Assembly: GCA_036172245.1 (NCBI GenBank)
Contig: JAYWIR010000029.1
Coordinates: 2,914,001-2,943,512, forward strand
Length of the DNA: 29,512 nucleotides
Direction: 5' to 3'
Origin: Raillietiella orientalis
Taxonomy: Eukaryota
Position 1 is the first letter of the stretch; each line of letters begins with the position of its first letter. Positions 12,150 to 23,632 of this stretch are shown one piece after another. The notes beneath the pieces were generated by a model. It was not told where the DNA came from. It did not search any database and worked only from the letters and a program-made list of their open reading frames with translations. The position numbers were made by a program, and so were the translations under genes.

Positions 12150-13400
12150 GTCGTTTCTTTCGGTCCGCTTCGGCTCCGTCTTCAAGATCTTCCGGAGATG
12201 CATTTGCTGTTCCCTTGCTACGTTGCCTCCTCGGTCTGTGGCTTGCCGTTTGTTCGACACTTCGCGTTTCATATGTCCATTCCCTGGCAAGGACGTTGCT
12301 AGGGTAGCATCTTCACCGGCTCTCTTTTCCTTGTGCCTGGAGAACCGGAAGCAAGGCATGGTTTTTCGTTTCTTCACCTTTTCGATCGTCGTCCTTCTTC
12401 GTTCGGCGTTTGGATGCTCTTCCTTAGAAGCACTCCTTTAGGCCGCCTCTTTGATATCACTCGCAACCACATCTTTTTTTCGATTCGGACCTACGTGTTC
12501 CTTCGTCTCCTATTGCACCTGAATGTCTGCTTTCTTCACCACGAACCGCTTGGGTTTGTTTCCAGCTTTCTTCTTGCTTTCCGGATCGTCCTTCTGTTTC
12601 TCTTTCGCTTTCTGTGTTTCCTCCTGGTCTCCTTTCTTCTTCTGTTCATGTTCTAGTTTCTTGAATAGCCTTCTTGCTTCCTTGCTGGTGTTTTCCTCTT
12701 TCTCTCTGCATTCCCATTTCTTCGGGAGTGAGCTTACTTTTGGAGAACAAGGTAGCTTTTTCGGGCTTCTTGGAACTTTTGTCAATAGTCAGCAAGCCGT
12801 CCCCCACAGGTTCAGGCTCGGTTTCACTGTTCCCCGTTTCCTGCGCGCCGTTCAGCTTGCTCTTGCCTCCCTTCGAAGTGAACGAATGCGATCTTTCCGA
12901 CTTTGGTTCCATCCAGAAAGGCTCGCTTCTCGCCGGTGGCCACTCCTCTTTGGTTCCCTTTTGGCGTTTCTGAGAAGGCACGGTAACAGCAGATGGTTTT
13001 CCTGTGTCCGATTCGAAGCTTTGTGCTTCGGGGAATCGAATTCCTCCTTCCCCAAACGCAGGACCATGAGCCTTGACGATATGCCAATCCAAGCTGAGCA
13101 CATTTCCCAATTACGAGGTACTCGACCTGGAAGTCATACACAAGCCATGAATCACTATCTGCATCACATGTACAACACAGGATTTCAGACATTCTTACGG
13201 ACCTTGCATTCATCTTACCGATGCTCAGCTTTGCTTGTAGAGCAGCTGTCCTGCTACCTTGGAGCAACTGGGGTGTCAAGTTGACGGTACGGTAATCCTT
13301 CAGGAATACATCGATGGCAGGATATGCGAGATGTGTTTTTTCGGGGCCACAAGCGATAAGACTCGCTTTCCGATTGGTTTCGGAAGCGAATCCGCAGCTA
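12150..13400 (-). other. Unidentified, frameshifted Lys/Glu/Ser-rich coding-like remnant
   Basis: Strong purine skew on the minus strand. Successive frames give KSSKKPEKATLFSK / KKLEHEQKKKGDQEETQKAKEKQKDDPESKKK. An intron-like AT-rich GTAAGA...ttccAG segment lies at about 13198-13127. No domain recognised. Confidence 0.3.
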
Positions 13401-14009
13401 CGCATTCGCAGAGACGCGGATTACTTCCGGTTGGGGTTCGCTCTCTGCTACCAAGTTGCGAATTCACAAGCAATGCACAGGCAGATGAGGACTGGATTCA
13501 GCAGCAGTACGATACTCCGAGTTGCGATCTGCTCCACGAAATCCGCGAGTCGACCCAACCGAATTCGCAAGCAGCACACGTTTCTTCCGTCAGGAAAAAT
13601 CTTCTTTGCCAAGCAACGAGAATGGTTGCCGAACAGGGAGGTGGCCGTGCTGACGTCACACAATCGACTGCGCAGACGCTGAAGCAATGCATTTGGCGAG
13701 TCCAAGTTCGTCCTGGAGCTGTGCACAGTGATGCACGGAAACGTGCGAAAGAGCCGAGACGGGAGCGTTTTTCGAACGCCCAGACTGCCACTTTGGCTCG
13801 TTTCCCCTTGCCCGATTCTCCCATAGAGACTTTCCTGGATTTCCTATTCCGAAGCGTCCTGCCTCGCCTCCAGGACGGTGGCGGGCGGGATCTTTGCTGA
13901 CACTGGCCTCTTGCCCATGTCAGCAAACCACACTAGGCGCAGCACAACCACATCACGGGAAAAAAAAATCAGTAAAAAAAAAGCAATTGAAAGATGCGCC
14001 GCACCTGAG

Positions 14010-14240
14010 AGGCAACGACCCCTTCGAGCACAGCTCGTCCGGGTCACCGACTCGGAAAACCCTTCCGCGCAGCGAACCGAAGACACGTCGGACCGCCTGC
14101 AGGGGTCAGAGTTGGCCCTCGGCCTGTTCCGTGGAATGTGCCTTCGACGAGGCAGGAACGCCCGTCTGACGTTGCAGGAGAGCATCGCCAACCCCCAGGA
14201 TACCGCGTGGGCCAAGTTAACGGTAAGCCTTCTTTCCTGA
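14010..14240 (+). mobile_element. Tx1/L1-type LINE fragment D (post-RT region), opposite orientation to copies A-C
   Basis: RRGRNARLTLQESIANPQDTAWA aligns with RRGRNASRPLREIVSNSQKLLWA of copy C. Inverted DNA match gcgttcctgcctcg at about 10894 and about 14148-14161. Confidence 0.7.
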
Positions 14241-14289
14241 GGGAAGCGAGTGGCAGCAGCGAACCACCGGAATGAGAGGTTGCCGCCGG

Positions 14290-15180
14290 CGTTTGTGGCC
14301 TGAAGAGAAAATTCGAAATGAATGGATCATGAAAGACTCCGTTATGCATGGTGGCAGCTGGTCAAGCTATTCATCCATCTTTGCAAATACAGATGATAAC
14401 ATTCGTCCGTCAGTATACCCTACTGATAATCTCCAATATCCGGTTCTTAATAACTATACACGATCGACAGAATCTGTATAGGCAAGATTTGGAAAGAATC
14501 AAGGAAAAAGAATGAAAACAGAGGCCTTACTTGGAAATCCATCTCCGAGAATTCTCATTCAAGATGAAAAAAAAAGGTATTCCTACGGAACCACTTTCCC
14601 TATATTTGCTAACTCGCTCTCAAGAAGTTTACAAGGGTTGACACTAATTTTTGTGACAAAAAATTCTCCGCCACTTATTTCACACGTGCATTCAACCCTT
14701 CCCTCAAACTTCATAGAGAACCACATCCTCTAATGCATCAGAAGGACACACTTTGATTGGGAACCCTCAGGTTTCCTATCAGGGGATACCCTTTCGGGGT
14801 GGAGTAGGCTGCAGAACAGTGCCACTCGGAAGGAAGCAGAATGAATGTTGCAACTGGGAACGCTCTCAGCAATGGGCATTTTCTGAATCAAGGTTGCTTT
14901 TAAGGATTCAGGTGGCCGAATTGCCAGAAGCGCTGCCCGATGAATGTGCACGGAATATCCGCATGGAGAGAGCCATCATCTGTCAATCTTTCAACAGTAA
15001 CAGCTTGAGTTCAACTGAAAACGTGTCCTCTGAGTGCATCCTTCCTTCGACTTCTTAAAGGATCTCGGAGTCAGCTGGGATACTCTCGAAAGAAGTTTTG
15101 TGTCGCTTCGGTTTCGCTTTCGCTTGCTTTAAAGCGATTGGTAAAATACCATCGCCACAATTGGTCGTTGCATTTTACCA
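14290..15180 (+). mobile_element. Merlin/ISXO2(IS1016)-like DDE transposase remnant
   Basis: IRNEWIMKDSVMHGGSWSSYSSI...SVYPTDNLQYPVLNNYTRSTESV*ARF resembles the ISXO2 core (I..WI.PG..I.SD.W..Y; TVNHS.NFVDP....HTQ.IES.W.RL). Clear inverted DNA homology between 14455-14890 and 29120-29512. Confidence 0.6.
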
Positions 15181-16099
15181 ATGAGGTGCAAAACATGGCT
15201 TACTTTTTATGGAACAGCTGAAACCACGATGATTGAGACAACGGATTCTTGTAAACACTGAGAACCGTAACGCGAATTTCATTCTTGCGGAATGTGTTGC
15301 AATGAGAAACATTGCATTTCGTTCATCATCAAGCAGATGAACTTGCATTACACCTCCAACTGCAAGTAGCACAGCTCAGTTGAATTTATGAGCACGGAGA
15401 GGCAACGAGCAAATATAATCCATCAAAGTTGAGTACTCAAGAAAAACAAAGGGAGACGCACTCGGTGCAGATGCGCTGCTCCTACAGGAGGAGAATCGAA
15501 TCCTCGAGTTTGTCAAATGACCAAATGATCAAACCGGCAAACCGCACTTCTAAGCCGTGGAAGATTTGGGGCGAGGTAACATTGAAAGACCAACTGGTGA
15601 AGAGTGAGATGCTCCCAGGTGGACACTGCAAAAGTCTCTTGACGAGAAATCAATCTCTCTTTATTAAACCAAAGAAAGGGCTGAAAAGCATTCAAGGCGA
15701 ATCTGTAGGTGTGATGCTCACACCGTTTTCCTTGTTCCTCCCAAGTAACGAGATAAACATTGCGTCTAGAAAATGTTCTCGTTGACCCTTTTTTTTTAAA
15801 AAAAAAAAAATTCTTATTCGCACTGATCATCAATTTTGCCGACGGAAACACGAAATTACACAAAATCACTTGCTGCTGCAATACGGCAGCTGCACCGACA
15901 TGAAAGGCAAAAACCGGTGAGCATCACCATAACCGCCAACAGAAGAATGTGCGTTTCTCTTGCGTGGAGATCATCACGGAAGAATCATCTCTGGATTAAG
16001 GCTCTGGTTTCAGAATCTCCTCTTCGAAAGAAGGGAGGCATCCACTTGTGAATTCACCACTTCATTCTCCTACATTTCCATTTTCTCCCTTCAAAGCAG

Positions 16100-17553
16100 G
16101 ACCAATTCCGGGTTTATCGACGCTCCCTTTCAGCACGCCCAAGTCCTATGCTCCTTCCGACAGCTCCTTCAAGTCTTTGAACGGGAGAACATGCTATCAT
16201 ACTCTTGGAATAAGAGGCCACGTTTGTGTTCATTTGATACACGGAGAAACTCCGATCCTGCCCATTGGTTATGAGAGTCCGAGTGGTCAGGGGGCAGGGC
16301 ATGAGATGAAGTGGCGTAAATCCTGGAGGGGATCGTGCAAAAGGACCCATGCGCGCACACGCCTAAACTATTAACCTTGACTGACTGCCATTGCATTGAA
16401 CCACGCAAAAGTGGCCAACATCCTGCGCCTGCTAAGAAAATCTCGAACGTTCTCCAGTTCCGGATTGTCTACGGTTTCCTGAAATTTTGCAACCTGCTCG
16501 GGATTATGCCAGGATCAATGGCCGAACTCGCATTCATCTGGTGAGCCGATACCAGGAACTGAAACAAGGGGACGCGCGCTGAAGGCGAGGAGATGTGCAC
16601 GAGGATCGTCATCAGACGTGGTGCAGATTCACTCTCACACGTTGCGAAGAGAGGAGGCGAGAACCCATGCCTTAACGAGGAGAGGAGGCACTGTGCATCT
16701 AAGAAATGGAAAAATGCGCCACAGCTCAGTTGACGGAAGTCTGCTCGCTAGGCAACCGCATGGAATGGTCAACGTGTTCTGCACACTTTTTCGTGTCCTC
16801 CGATTTTTCAGTTTTACGCGAGCACCGTGTGTTCCTTATGCCGCTCACAGAACAAAACGCTTCGATCCTGGGGGGATCACGATCCACCTTCAAGAAATTC
16901 ATCCGAAATTTACACATGTGGATAAACAGGCGACCTGTGATGCTGCAAGGTGTTCCTTGGAATCCCCGCAATCGCATCAGAATACAACTGAATTGGTGGA
17001 TAAGACGTGGTGACAAAATTTCAGATTCCCCCAATCGGCAGCTTTCCATTCAGCATTTCTAAAACATGTCACTTCACATTCTCCTGAACACGCAATCACG
17101 CATGCATACGAGAGTGTTCTAGCCGAATAGCCTGAGCAAATCTTCGGGCTGCAGCTTCAGCAATATCCTCAGTCTCCTTTTCTGAGACCTCGTAAGCGTC
17201 CGGATGGACATCCCTGGAGACTTTTGTCTTTCTAAAGAACTGAATACAGGTCAATGAAGTATACACTGTATATTTTGTTCTCAGATCTACTGCGAAGTAT
17301 CCTTAGTGTTTGGGGGCATTTATTTCCGTGAGCTTCTTTTCAGCAGTATGCAATGCTTGTGATTCATCAAACTATTTTTGTTCTCTTCTTGGTTGGATCA
17401 GCTCCGGTGATGCATCGAATATGTCCGCGTATGCAGGACTGTCTGCGTCCTGGTTTCCAGAAGATATGGCGGGGGAAAAACTGCTAGAAACGCTCCAATG
17501 CAACCATTCTGTACGGGTGGTTGGCAATCCGAGCACCTTTGCGCCAATGCCAT
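16100..17553 (-). pseudogene. MRPS30: Unprocessed (intron-containing) pseudogene of mitochondrial ribosomal protein S30 (mL65/PDCD9 family)
   Basis: Colinear motifs: YADIFDAS...*FDESQALHTAEKKLTEINAPKH*GY; HLAASQ|VDRDPPRIEAFCSVSG; DPRAH...VPG...DECEFGH*SWHN; MLATFAWFNAMAVSQ|GF...PLTTRTLITNGQDRSFSVYQMNT (cf. family motif FAW..AQA.YQGF...P...Q.VIT.G...SF..YQLNT). GT-AG introns at 17059-17109, 16888-16934 and 16323-16375. At least three in-frame stops plus frameshifts. The 3' end is uncertain. Confidence 0.85.
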
Positions 17554-17985
17554 GAGGAATTTTGAAAACGCCGTTGGTGCTGATGCACCCAAGGTCGGAG
17601 GTTGACTCGCAATATTCATTGGTGTAACTCTCTACTATTTCTCTCCAAGACCAAAATTGAAAAGGGATTCCCCGAAGCCTAAAGAACTCTTAGTTAAAAA
17701 GGAGAACCCATTTTGGAATGTACCACCCCTGCACAAGACCTATCTATACGGCTATTCCATATGGTGTTTCGTCCTAACCATCATGTTTCAAGTTTTTCAA
17801 TTCCTCTAAGAAAATGAAGGACAATACCATTTACCCTGTTTTGGAATGAACACAAAATGATATATGTAAAAAATGAGAAACTCCGGGTGAAATTTGTAAA
17901 TGAAATAACTTCCTTAAATTGAAACCTTAAATTGGTAAGCAAACATTACCTACAGCTTGCCTTCCTGCTCTACTCTTCTGCCTCA

Positions 17986-20292
17986 CTATGATGGTTCGCA
18001 CATACTTGAAGTGATTGCCACATCGCCAGCATTAGCATAATGTCTACAAACAATAGAAGGCTGATGGGCATCTATTAAAATACTTAAATCTTCATCGCTG
18101 AGATAGCTGAGCACGTGTTCAGTACAGTCACGCGGCAACGCAGGAAAGGTGTGGCTGTTTTCATGGATTTGCTCGAGCAATTCCTTCCTTCTTTGACCCC
18201 TCCTAAAACGATTATTCATCACACTGGCGTATATTGGGAATTTCATTTGGCGATCATCCGATCCTAGGACTTGCACTGTATCTTCATTTCTCAAGAGCAT
18301 TACTAATTGGTTTGTATATTTTGTCAAGGTGTCATAAAATGAGGCGTTCGAATTACCAATCTTCTCACTCTTCGTGAATTCTATTTCTCTGAAACATTGA
18401 ATTCGAAAACTGATACCGAAGGCAGAAAAGAATTTCAACAGTTTCTAAGCACGAATCATCACCACGAGAATAAAGATATTCATCATCATAAGAATCACCA
18501 TGGTAGCGTGACGACTATACACATTTTCTGGTATGATGCATAGCAAATTCAAATGCTGTAAAATTTTTTTAGAAGCGATGTTAACATGGGAGCCATCTTC
18601 TAGAAGAGTTTCAACAACTTCTGCATGTCGTTGTTTATGAGCAATATGAAGGGCTGTCCTACCATACTCATCCTTAGAATCAATGGTGGCACCAAATTTC
18701 AAGAGAACCTTAACAACTTCTAGTTGACCATTTCCAGCAGCATCATGAAGCGGTGTTATACCCTTGTGAGTTTTAGCATTTACGTCAGCTCCTCTACTCA
18801 AAAGCAATTTGGCAATGTCTCCACTGCACTTGAGATGACGGAATTTCTCCCCCAAGGAAGTAAAATGCAATGCCGTTCTTCCATGCTGATCACTAGCATT
18901 AACCTCGGCACCATGTTGCAAAAGAACTTCAACGATTTCTAAGCAGCCCTCACTAGCAGCAATGTGAAGTAATTCAGGATTAGTTTTTACATTCGCTTTA
19001 TGAGTAAGAAGTAGCTTGGTAATTTCTAAGTCGAAATTTCGAACAGCAAAAGATAATGGCGTAACGCCACCGTTGGTTTTAGCATTTACATCAACGCCAT
19101 AACTTATCAACAGTTTGGCCATCTCCGCCTGTTTGCTTTTGACTGCAACATGTAAAGGAGTATAACCTCGTGTGGAGTTGTCCGGCATGCCAGCATCAGT
19201 ACCGCACTTTAAGAGTTCTTCAACAATTTCCGAATAACCTTTCTTAACAGCGGCATGCAGAAATTCACCATCATTCACATCTTCTGGATCAACAGTAAAA
19301 CCATACTGAAGCAGAGCTCGAAGGATCTTGCCATATTCTGTCCCATAGTGATGCACTGCAGCGTTGAGCGTGCTTTTGTTACTTTTGTTATTCACATCAG
19401 GACGATGCTTTAAAAGATGCTCAACGATTACTGAGAATCCTCTTCTAACAGCATGGCGTAAAGGAGTTTCACCACCCTTATCTTGAGCATCAACGTTAGC
19501 TCCGCACTCTAAAAGTACCTTCACCACTTCTTCATGGCCTCCCTTAACAGCAAAGTGTAATGCCGTTTTACCACCCTTATCTTGAGCATCAACGTTAGCT
19601 CCGCACTCTAAAAGTACCTTCACCACTTCTTCATGGCCTCCCTTAACAGCAACGTGCAATGGAGTCCGAAAGTAATGGGTACATGCAGGGTCGACGTAAG
19701 CTCCATATCTTAAAAGACACTCAACAATCTGTAGATACCCTCCTGCCGCTGCCATGTGAAGAGAAGTTCTACCATCTCTCCCCTTAGCATCGACAGAAGC
19801 ACCTCTACTTAAAAGCAATTCGACAACTTCAACCTTTGCATGTTTTCTAGTAGCAAGGGACAAAGGGGTTGTTGTACTGTGCCTGTTTCTAGAGCAAACA
19901 TCCTCTGTGCGATTTGAAACTAATTCAACATCCCTTTCCACACTTTCAACTGCCAAGTGAAGTGGAGTTTTGCCATCCTGATTTGCAGCATCAATAGGAA
20001 CAGTTCTATCTAAAAGCATCTCCACAATCTCTATGTAACCTTTTTCAGCAGCAAAATGAAGAGTATCACGTTTTCGATTGGGGCTGTTCATTTCGCAATC
20101 AAATCTTAAAAGCAGTTTGGCAGTCTCTGCACGTACATTGTCCACAGCATCACGAAGTAAAGCATATCTGTATGACCGTTCTGACGCGGAGGACACACCA
20201 TAAGAGTCGAGTAAGCTTCTCACTTCAGCTGTTCTTTCTTCTAGCATTGCACACATTAACTCGCCGCTAATATCCTTCTCGTCCATGGCCAT
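17986..20292 (-). pseudogene. Intronless ankyrin-repeat protein with C-terminal PRANC/F-box-like domain, disrupted at the ANK-PRANC junction
   Basis: The 615-aa ORF has roughly 15 TPLH/TALH..A...G...V..LL..GA.VN repeats. The downstream ORF carries KFPIYAS...F..G..RKELL...FPALPRDCTEHVLSYLSDEDLSIL (F-box-like). One base is missing in the T7 run at 18564-18570 (restored frame KKNFTAFEFAM). A TAG follows at about 18515 and a further frameshift at about 18430. Confidence 0.85.
19471..19652. repeat. 99-bp period tandem duplication of one ankyrin repeat (83 bp identical: 19471-19553 / 19570-19652)
   Basis: Direct nucleotide identity; encodes AVKGGHEEVVKVLLECGANVDAQDKGG twice. Confidence 0.95.
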
Positions 20293-21899
20293 TCACCCCT
20301 AACTTTGAGTATTTCCTTTATTTCAATGCAGCCACAGCTTGTCCCGTTATTTCAACTGATTCCTTAAAAGTTTCATCCATTTGTTTTTCTTTAACTTTAA
20401 CAGCTCGAGATTTTCATAAGAACACTTTAAGAATACACATCGCGATGCATATTATGCATATTACGTACACTTCAACACTGAGCTGAAGACGGAATTTCAC
20501 TCCTTTCTTCACGACACGCCCTGTGGGAAAACTCGGCCCATCGAAGGGCGAGACCTCCCCCGGGCGGATTTCCGCCAATTTCCCCCAGGAAACCATCGCC
20601 AGCAGCGAAAAGGTCGCGTACACACATGTACGTCCCAATTCGAAAGACCCGCTCCTATCTACGGATCCGTGGTTGGTCGTTCTCGTTCATTCGGATGACG
20701 ATTGCAGTAGCACAGCATCCAAAGGGAAAATAGATCCTCCACGAAAAGAAAGGAAGCGAATGCCTCACACCGAAGGCGTTCAGAGGGATTGCTGATTGGT
20801 AAGGAAACCGAATCAGCATCTGATGCGGCGAAGAAGCGCATACCTGGAAAAGTGAAGCAATTACAGAAAAATGGGCGTGTCGAATTCGAACGTCCTTCGA
20901 CGTACGAAATGTATTGCTTTCCAAATGCAACCGTTGATGCAAAATAGAACTGTGTTCGCAAACATAAGGAAAAGTAGAATGGTCGCAAACACAAAGGAGA
21001 GCCTCGAGGGAAAGTGAAGGAGTAGCAAATGACTCGAAATAGGAGTTTCAGCGTCTGACGTACCTATTGGTTCCCCTATTTCCTTTGGTTTGAGTCGAGT
21101 TTATAGCATATGACTGAGAAATCTGCCATCATCTTTATTTTTTTTCCGTCTTTCCGATTGATGGGAGAGCATCTTCGTGATCCATCTGGTCGATCGCTTA
21201 AACAGTTCCCATCATTTTACTCTTGGAAGAATTTCAGTCTATGAAGCATTCCTTCATGCAAGACCACAATCACAAGTGCGGAAAGAAGCAGCTTTTGTAG
21301 AATGGAAGTATTCTTTTCTATAGAACTGGAGCTCTTTGATTTTCACGTCAATTTTCGAGAAATCAGCAGCTGGGATGAACGGAGCAGGGAAAAGTTGAGC
21401 TGGAAGAAATGGAACAGATTAGGTGAGGTTTTACGCTGATTTCATGTGGTCATGTGGATAAGGCGCAGGATGATGGATCCACACGGAAGAGAAATCGTCG
21501 TTATGAATACTCATCACTCTGGACAGAGAGTTCCTCGTTTCAGAGTCAGATCGCTAAGTAAAGTACACGATAACAAACGCGAAATCCAAAGAAAGTACAA
21601 AACGTACCACTTGGGAAACACCATCGAAAAAAGTTTGCTATGAACAAAACGTGAAAAGTGGCAGATAATTTATCCACGAGGCCCTGAATTATGGAAGAGA
21701 TGGGGAGGAGGCATCCTCTTTCGTGGAGCTTGCCTATTCACTCCAGAAGAACTCCAAACTGCCCTACGAAGTTCTTAGGGAGGCGATGGAATCGCACGCG
21801 ATGAATGGGAGAGGACCGATCCCAAAGCAAAGCCACTGACACCGATATTCAACATCTGCCTCCAAGAAAGGGCTCACCTAAATGGAAGAATTATCTTGA

Positions 21900-22350
21900 A
21901 AAAGTGTTGCGACATCACAAATGCATCGACAACTTGCGACTCGCGTGCATTGGCAACTGCAAATAAATGATATGCGAAATGTTCTTCGAGAAGACTTTAA
22001 TGGTGGCCACTGGACAGACAAATCATCTGCTATCATCGGAATGACATTTTTCCCTAAGACAAGGAAGGTTCTGAAGGAACGTGTTGCCCTTGACAAAACG
22101 AGGGGGAAATCTCGAGATGTCCTCGGAAAAGGTACAAGTGGAGCTGTTTTAAAGGTTACTGGCATGGATGGTACGAAACAAACGGCTCATTACTTGTATA
22201 AGCACCTGTACACACACTAGACGATTCAAGGTACTCGGGAGCTTTTGTGTTTGTCTAAGATGAAGTTTACTTTCTGAAACCCACGAAGAGGAAGCCGTCG
22301 CTCTTTCAATCTTGAAAATGTACAACCCATTTGCTGACCATATGTACGAT
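21900..22350 (-). mobile_element. Tentative diverged remnant of the Merlin-like transposase C-terminal extension
   Basis: HFQD*KSDGFL (about 22320-22290) matches HFDWEPSGFL (about 14750) and HFH*KTGDFL (about 29225). SQVVDAF (about 21940) matches PQLVVAF (about 15156), in colinear order. Confidence 0.35.
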
Positions 22351-23632
22351 TTAAGCAGTCAGGAAGAAATCGGCAGACAGGGAGAAATAATTTGTGTACC
22401 AAACTGCCGAGGAGATGATTCACTCATCTTTCGAAGCCTCGTGTGTGCTGCTCACGAGTGACACATTGATTGGGATTTAATAGGGAGGTGGAATTAAAAA
22501 AAAGGGTTCACTTGCAAATATTCCGCTCGTGATTAAAACAAGAATCTTTCAGGTTCTACCGTATTTCCTCTCGTAGTTTTCGCCCGGGAGAATTAACCTT
22601 CCTCCCTTATTTTGATGGATGAAGCATAACTGTACATCCGCAAAGGCTCAACACCAGGGAGGACGTATCATGGCGTAGAATACACATTGGTACGTATTTC
22701 AAAACGAAGCAAAAAACCACCATGCCCATCGCACCTGATGAGGAACACCGGCAGTTTCTCTTGCAACATGCTGGTGTACGGCTGCAAACATCATTCCTGG
22801 GAATCAGCTCCTGATTCATTCTCCTGATGCAACTAAGGATACATGAGCGAGCAAAGATGGCTGCATAGCCAGGAAGCGGGGACTCGGGTTTCGTTCGTAG
22901 AAGCAAACCTTCAGACGCGTCATCGCCTCCCTGTTCCTTCAAGATCTCTTCTGAAATCTGAACACCGGATTTGCAAAGAGAAATGCTGTTCTTTACGGGC
23001 GCACTCCAAGCAGGACGTCTCAGCGGGACGTCCTCCATTCCACCAACAGCATTTCTTCTATTCTTTTTTTAATGAATGCGTTGACCTTCTGATGACTCGC
23101 ACGCGCATTTGTGGAATTTTCTTTCTATTACCAATTTCTATCTCACATGATTCTTGTGGAAATATCATTGCTTGTTTCTAAAAAACATACACACACGCAA
23201 ATACAAACAAGAAAGTGATGCACGCTTTTTGGACACCGTCGATGCGTGCAAGAACCGGAAATTCCTTCGCTTCCCTGCACCGCCTCGGACTCTTCCACCG
23301 GAAGGGCTGCACTTGAACGGGGCCTCCCCTTCCCCTGTTCGAAGAAGACGGGACGGATGTGCCGCAAGCACGCCAGCATTACGCAGTGCGCGAACATCTG
23401 CAAAGACGACGAACTCCATGGAAGCGCAGATGCACTTCCGACTGCTCGCGCTTTGTACCAAACTCTGGTGGGTACGCCGTAATGCCTTCCTGCGCGCCTC
23501 ATCCTTCGGCGCTACACTGACAGCCAAGGACTCCAGTCGTTGCCGCCTCAGCGGAAAAGGATTCGGCTTCCCACTGAGGCAAGTGCGCCCGTTACTGGAA
23601 GCTCAACGCGGGATCTCCTGCAGCCCAAGGGC

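Noticed and set aside
13100..13400. Chromodomain-like VEYLV or RPA43-like LIACGP..HLA words
   Set aside because: The flanking residues required for either domain are absent.
14559..14951. Apparent conserved antisense ORF (PIAE[ST]VP...RMWFSMKFE...NIGKVVP) converging on the Merlin-like transposase
   Set aside because: It shares third codon positions with the sense frame, which is continuous with the transposase in both copies. It is best explained as a shadow frame.
17882..17892. CCGGGTGAAA resembling the LINE 3' motif (also AATAAAGCCCC near 23796)
   Set aside because: Half-motifs only, with no adjacent UTR or ORF2 homology.
18560..18572. Programmed -1 frameshift at the A7-T4 run joining ANK and PRANC
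   Set aside because: The run is not in X XXY YYZ phase, and the shifted frame meets a TAG and another frameshift shortly after.
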